Below the pieces are notes generated by a model. It did no database searches. It was given only the letters and a program-made list of their open reading frames with translations, and was not told the origin of the DNA. Positions 57,330 through 64,000 of a stretch of DNA of 64,000 bases are shown here, piece by piece. This DNA is from Eledone cirrhosa (taxonomy: Eukaryota): NCBI GenBank assembly GCA_964016885.1, contig OZ024741.1, positions 376,650,001 through 376,714,000 on the forward strand, in the 5' to 3' direction. The first letter of the stretch is position 1; each line of letters opens with the position of its first letter. Position numbers and translations under genes: made by a program.

Positions 57330-60300
57330 ATATATACGGCAACACAGTAATAGATGACGATGAGTTATCTGTATTACGTCTACCACCGAAATTTGCGACA
57401 TTCAAGAAGGTAAGTATGATTAGTTGTCTGTCAGAAATGGAAAAATCATTTACAAAACTACGCTGGAGCCTCAAAAACAAAAACAAAAACGAAAACAAAA
57501 GTAACAATATACGCACACACATATACAACACACATACCAACAACAACAGACACACAGACACAAACAACAATAACACCAACACACACACCAACACCACCAA
57601 CAACAACAACAATAATAACATACCAAGAACCAACAACAACAGACACGCAGACACAAACAACAATAACAACACACACAACAATAATAACACACACGGAGAC
57701 AACAACAACACACATCAACAACAGCACACATCAACAACCACAACACACACACATGCAATGCCTCTCACCACCACCACAATCTTAAACACACAGACACAAA
57801 AAACAAGTAATGACAGTAGCACAGAAATCACAGAAATAAGGGAAAGTAATAGGATTAAAAGGAGAAGGGAGACTAAGGACAAAGACAATAACCAAGACGA
57901 ACACACAGACACACAAAATAGGGTAGAAAACAACAATGAGCCAGTGAAAAGAGACAGGAGTAATTATGAGAGACATAGAAACAACCATGATGCTGTTGGT
58001 GGAAATAGAAATAGAAACAACACAACTAACAATAACAATAGCACTAGTACACATAAAGCAGCAGCCTGGAACTCTACTTTTTATAATCCCTCCGATAAAT
58101 CGTTCGACCTGCGACGAGACCACGCCATGACTTTACCATTTAACAAACGCACGCAATTGCCGTCGCAGGTCGATGAACAAACAGAAGCACAATTTAGTAT
58201 AGCTAGATCCGAACTTAGAAATATTATAGAACAGTATAGCAAGAAGCATAATAGAATGGAGGCCCAGCAACTGGGAGAAAAATCTGCAAATGGCTTGCGT
58301 AAGCTCATGCAGCGCTCGCGTAATGGAGAGATAGCATGCTTTCCAACAGACAAGTCTGGCAGAATGTCGGTTGACAGCCTGCTAAACTACATCCAGGCAA
58401 TGCAACCCCACATCACTAACACAAGAGAGGTAACACCACAGCAGCATGAGGATAGAGAAAAAAACCCTCAATGCCCATATGGTGATGTGGACGAATATAA
58501 TGCAGCCCAACAAAAGGACTGCCAACAACTTCCAGGCCTGGAACAATGACGTGCCGGCGTTGTATGGGCTTCGAAAAGACCATAAAACGGGCAGTGACCC
58601 TGTCGCAGGACCACCAACATGGCCAGTCTGTGGAGCTAACATTGCTAGTAACTACAGACTGTCCTACTTCCTCTCCCTGATCATACGCCCCATCATTGAA
58701 ATGTCCCCAGATGTATGTGACAGCACGGAGGACCTCCTCAGCAGAATCGGCGAGAGAAAGCGATCTAGGGACCTAACAAACTGCATAATAGGTAGTATGG
58801 ATGTTGTGTCCCTGTATCCATCTATTGATGTGGATTTTGCAGTGGAGAAATGCGTAGAAATGATCAATTGGAGCAATGTTGAGTTCCGTGGGATTGATAC
58901 CAGTGTGCTGGGACTCCTACTTAAACTTACCTATAGTAATAATTACCTAGACACATATGACCTTAGCAACGTGTGCCCTACAAGACCAGCAAGAGGCAGA
59001 CCACCTACCATTACCTCAATGGCCAAGAAAACCCACACAGTTAGATGGAAATGGTGGACCAGAGCCATACGGACACCCGAAAACCACGATGAACTGAAGA
59101 AAATGATTGCACATGCGGTAGGGGCCAGCATAAAACTAACCCTTATGGAACATATGTTCAAATTTAATGGAAAAACATATGCCCAAGAGGAAGGAGCAGC
59201 CATTGGTGTTAGCATTGCAGGCGACATAGCTAATTTATTCATGGTATGGTGGGACAGTAGACTTAAACTTAAACTTAAAGAACAATTAGAAGACCCCTTA
59301 ACCCTGATAATGTACTCCCGCTACGTTGATGATATAAACATCGTAGTTAAGACACCCATGCTAGAGAACAGTCAGGAACTAGAGAAAAACACAATGGAAA
59401 GCATCCAGCAAATAGCTAACTCCATCCACCAGAGCATTAGAGTTACTATAGACTACCCAAGTAAACATCCCAACCATCGATTACCTGTACTAGACACAGA
59501 GATCTGGTTAGATACCATTAATAACAAAAAACAAATCCTCCATTACCATTATGCCAAACCCATGACTTCCAAACATCTGATCCACTGAAACTCGGCCGTT
59601 TCGGACCATACCAAAATCAACATACTGATTGCGGATTTGGTACGGGTGATGAGAAACGTGTCCCGCATGTGCAACCCCGAAGAACTAGAGAGACACATAC
59701 AACACTTCATCCACCGTATGCAGTTCTCTGGCTACAATCAGAGAGATAAAATCAGAGTGTATAGAGGAGCCAGAACCAAATGGAAAAAATTGGAAATAAT
59801 GACATAAATGGGACCTGCCCCTTGTATAGGAGCACATTTTGGAATAGAATAGAAAGAACTAGGAACAAGGCTAATAGAATAAACTCATGGTATGATAGCA
59901 ATAAATACCAGAGTGTATATATATATACATATATTTCGTTTCTCAATAGCAATAAATACCATGAGTTTATTGATCATCGATACAACCCCTAGAGGTGAAT
60001 TAGCTTACAAATTTAGAAGGGCCCTAGATAAACATAAACTCAATATTAAGATAGTATAAAGACCAGGTACCACCGTAAACACACTTATTAGCAAGACATA
60101 CCCTTTTCAAAGACCCTCATGTATATATAAGAAATATATAACCTGTAAAATAAGCCCCCATATTAACTGTAACACTAGAAATGTAGTGTATAGCATAAGA
60201 TGTACTGAAGGATAATGTAGTGTACATAGGTGAGACAGCTCGTAATGTAGGGGAACTGATAAATGAACACTGGCGAGACCTTCAACATAGTAAAGAATCA

Positions 60301-60880
60301 TCTGTACTCTACCAACATGCTAAAATAGAACACAAGGGTAAATTAGAGAACATAGAAATAAAAATAGAATCTACACACAGAAAAGACGCAATGTTTAGAC
60401 AAATCACAGAGGCAATAAACATAAAAGAATTACAACCAAAATTAAATAGAAAATATGAGTGGAACAGGAACATCAGAACTTACAATTAAGGACAAAATGA
60501 AAACACACACACACATAGAACAAACAACCAACCAGTAACATGTAAATAAACAAATAAATAAATGAACGTAAACACACAGACACCCGGATGTGGCGCATGC
60601 GCAGACTGAGCACACAACACACACACAGAAACAAAATGGCGTAGGACAGAACAAAGGAGAGGCACAAAAACAAAGAAAGGAATCCCCAGTCACTGAAGAG
60701 GTCACATAGTGTGTGAAGAAAGAACTATGACAATATATAAACAACTATCTGGTTGTGGAACCAACCAACCAACCAGAAATTTATAAATTTATTATAAATT
60801 TATTATAATAAATTGAAGTGAAAGCAACTGGTGCGTGTGTTTCTTATTGGCAACATGACCCTCCCAAAGTATAACAATAT
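57330..60880 (+). mobile_element. Near full-length Penelope-like retroelement (RT and GIY-YIG), inactivated
   Basis: Motifs LPPKF, KLRW, PTDKSG, LYGLRKDHK, GSMDVVSLYPSI, QEEGAAIG, YSRYVDD, LPVLD, VVYSIRC...YIGETAR, LNRKYEW. Frameshift in an A-run near 58460, TGA at 59586, further lesions downstream; pLTR hammerhead. Confidence 0.93.
60689..60731 (+). ncRNA. Minimal type I hammerhead motif in PLE pLTR
   Basis: GTCA-CTGAAGA(60693-60699)-ggTCACA-tagtg-TGTGAa-GAAA(60718-60721)-GAAC-TA-TGAC. Confidence 0.7.
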
Positions 60881-61376
60881 CGGTTTCAACACACGATTTC
60901 AGATAAAGAATCTTGCTAAACAAATTCAGAAACGAAATATTTTACATAATAATTGTTATAGTTGAATTAATAAAAATTAAATATTACATACAAATAGTCT
61001 AACATAATAATAAAAAAATAATCTAACACAAAACGAACAATAATATGGACAAATATACAAGTTAATATGATACAATCAATATTATAAGCATGTTATAACG
61101 AACTGAAAAAAATAGTTAATATAAATTTAAAAAATCGTATATAAATTAACAATATAACTTAGCAAAACGAGAAAAATATTTTGATGATAAACTATGAAAT
61201 ACAGGAGGAAGATTCGAAAGCGAAACGATAAATAAACGTGCAAACAAAGTGGCGGATGCTTTTGAGCAACACCTACTCTCATTGGTTGATTAGACAATAA
61301 GACGATGAAATTAGCCAATAGGACGATACATTACAAAAGATGTTTGGCAGGGATCACAACGGCCAGCGAAATATCT

Positions 61377-61378
<2 letters not shown>

Positions 61379-61453
<75 letters not shown>
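61379..61453. repeat. (TA)n microsatellite
   Basis: Visible tract. Confidence 0.95.
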
Positions 61454-61455
<2 letters not shown>

Positions 61456-63375
61456 AGTAGGGTGTGTCACAGTCAAATGCTATTTGCCGCAGTGATATTA
61501 ATCACATGGAATCTTCCCAAACCATGAATTGAACTCACGTTCAAACAATCGTAAGCCCACCATCATATTCACTAGCACACGAAGTTTCACATGCCTATGT
61601 ACGTATAGATATATTCTGATTTACGAACACAAAATCATATTATAAGTATCTGGTGTTTAAATCTTACCAACCATAATTCCCTGCCGTAAGAGACTCCAAT
61701 TGTTTGTTGTCGTTTACCATTACATTAATGCCGTTAGCTCTGATCAAGACTTCAATAAACAAAGAGAATAGCTATTGGTGCTTTACTAATACTAAATAAA
61801 GAATTCGTTCATTGAAAATATATTTAGTCGTGTTTTAAAAGAAATTTGTGTTAAAACCTATACTTAACGTAATAACACGTTCAGTTATCGTTATTTCATT
61901 ACATTCATTTCTATCCCCCCATAGAATTTATATCACAACATTCAATTTTTATTAGAATTCCCTGCAGTTCTTCAACACTAGATAAGAGCTTATGCGACAC
62001 GGGTGTAATACAAATCAAACATGAATGAATTAGTGAATCCCAGCAGTGAAATTGATCTCCTTATCAGGAATGTGTATCTTAATATTTATTTTGCAACTAG
62101 TTTTAATTATATTTCGATAATAGAATAAAGTTTTTGCTATAAGGAGCTTTTTCAGATTACCCTTTTTTTTTTACAAATGTTCCGAAACACACTATAAGTA
62201 TAAAAAGGTCTCGCACACTATCAGGTACTTAAAGGTTTCTGTTTGGATGTCATTACGATCTATGCCAGTTTCATAAAATACATTAGAAGGCAGCACTTTC
62301 CACCCAACAGCGTGTTGTTTAACATACTCCGCATTAAAGCTGGAAGCTGACGACTTGGTAGGTTTTCATCATATGTCTGCATGATCTACCTGGACTTGCT
62401 AAACCACAACAACAATTACAGAACAATAATGCGTTTTAACACTTGTTAAATAAGATGCATCTGTTGTTTAATGAAATTGGAAAGTTTAAATTACCCCTAG
62501 TGTATACCTAGTTAAGACTTGAATGGTTCCAGTGTGATTACAATGTATTTGAGATTTGCATTGAGGACAGAACGTAGATTGATCGAAACACCATCAGATA
62601 TCTAAAATTGTGCCATATATCCCACCCATCAAGTGAAACCCATAACACTAGTGTTACCTTCTGTTTCTAATATTGGTTATACAGAGTACCATTATCTTAT
62701 TACATCGTGTCTATAGGCTTCTGTTACAAAATGGAAACGAATTGAGTTTATAGACGATACACATTCGAATGTGGCAATGTACCCGAATAAATGCAGACAT
62801 AACCTATTATAAGAAGCCTTAATTTTAGTTGCATGAAATATTTCCAATACATTTTCTTATTAGATGTGCTGCCAGTTTTTCGAAAATGGTTATTTGAAAT
62901 TTTCTTTTATGATACGTTTTAAATATCTAGTCCGACATTTTTATTGTGTTTGGCGAATCATCTTAAAAAATAAATATGATATTTAAAAGTTAATGAATTG
63001 TGATTTAAGAATCTTTATGTTTCGCTGTAGAGTAATTATGAACCGCTTCAAAAATCGAATATGAATGATAATTTAATGTGTTATATTTGAAGTTGTTAAT
63101 CTAGTGAAATAATAGCAATGGAACCACCATCCCAATTGAAATTAGTTATTTCTGTCGACAGCGTTTAATGACATTTAAAAATATATTTCGTGTGAATATC
63201 CTGTTACGACCTTGATAAGTTTTCACAAACGTTTTAATAAAGTAGTTATGAAACCTTAGATAATGGAACAATTAGAAGTAGTTTGAATAAGATAGAAAAG
63301 ATGTTGATGTAGTCCGATATAATTATTGAAATAAATAAATAAAGAATCGAGACAAAATAGAAAATGTAAGATAAT

Positions 63376-63391
63376 ACAACGACAACAGCAG

Positions 63392-63437
<46 letters not shown>

Positions 63438-63505
63438 ATAACAACAACAACTACTACTACTCATATACTAATGACGATGATAGTGACAATGATGATGATG
63501 ATGAA
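63376..63505. repeat. Compound trinucleotide microsatellite (CTA)n/(CAA)n/(GAT)n
   Basis: Visible tract. Confidence 0.92.
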
Positions 63506-64000
63506 AACAATAATTATTATTTTATAATAGACAACAGGTTTGAGGCATAAAGGACGATACAATATGAAATAATTGGGATTTACATAAAACTTTAAAAAGG
63601 AAAACAGAAAACAATTGACAATAGATATATACCAATAGAATTCCCAAATAGTGGGGTTACCGCCCAGCGATTACTTAGGAACCCCACAGATCGTAAACCT
63701 ACCTAATCTCCAGGAGAATCGTGGGAACGTGACACTCGCCTCCCTAAACCTTCCAGCCTAAAGGCACACGTTTAGATTAGGCCCATTAACTCGAAACGAC
63801 TTCGCTACATACATGCGCCTTCTAATAAACGTACCAAGGGGAAGCACATCCCTCATCATTCTTACCTAGTGGAATTCGAAAAGGTTGGCGAGGCTTTGCA
63901 CGGAGTCGAAAGTGTTTGTCGTCACTTATTTCTCTCACGTCCACAACACATCTTGCGTCACAGCTACCAAAGTTAGAAAAGCTGCCTGTCCGTCCCACCC

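Noticed and set aside
59586-59588. In-frame TGA as possible selenocysteine (reported for some Naiad PLEs)
   Set aside because: Not at a Cys motif and likely CGA to TGA decay. The element has other lesions, and the CxCx5Cx5C motifs in this window use ordinary Cys codons.

Overview
AT-rich, repeat-dominated animal genomic DNA with no recognisable host protein-coding gene. The SINE families and the very long (TA)n tracts suggest a cephalopod or other mollusc (inference). Positions 1-~29390 are the right end of a head-to-tail satellite of ~624-bp monomers (47 full units plus a partial, with 2-, 3-, 7- and 8-monomer duplication blocks). Main observation: every monomer carries a type I hammerhead ribozyme (HHR) fold on the + strand, GCTCTG-CTGACGA-[stem II]-GAAA-TAGTCT-TTTA-AGACTA-TA^-CAGAGC, so the array looks like a ribozyme-bearing (retrozyme-like) satellite. 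The remaining 35 kb is a graveyard of Penelope-like retroelements (PLEs: YRDD/CxCx5Cx5C Naiad-like copies and a YVDD family) inserted into TA microsatellites. Their pseudo-LTRs (pLTRs) hold about ten further distinct hammerhead motifs and 5' fold-back inversions. Also present: CR1-type LINE fragments, a decayed Tigger/pogo DNA transposon and tRNA-derived SINEs. Ribozyme folds were read by eye; activity is untested.
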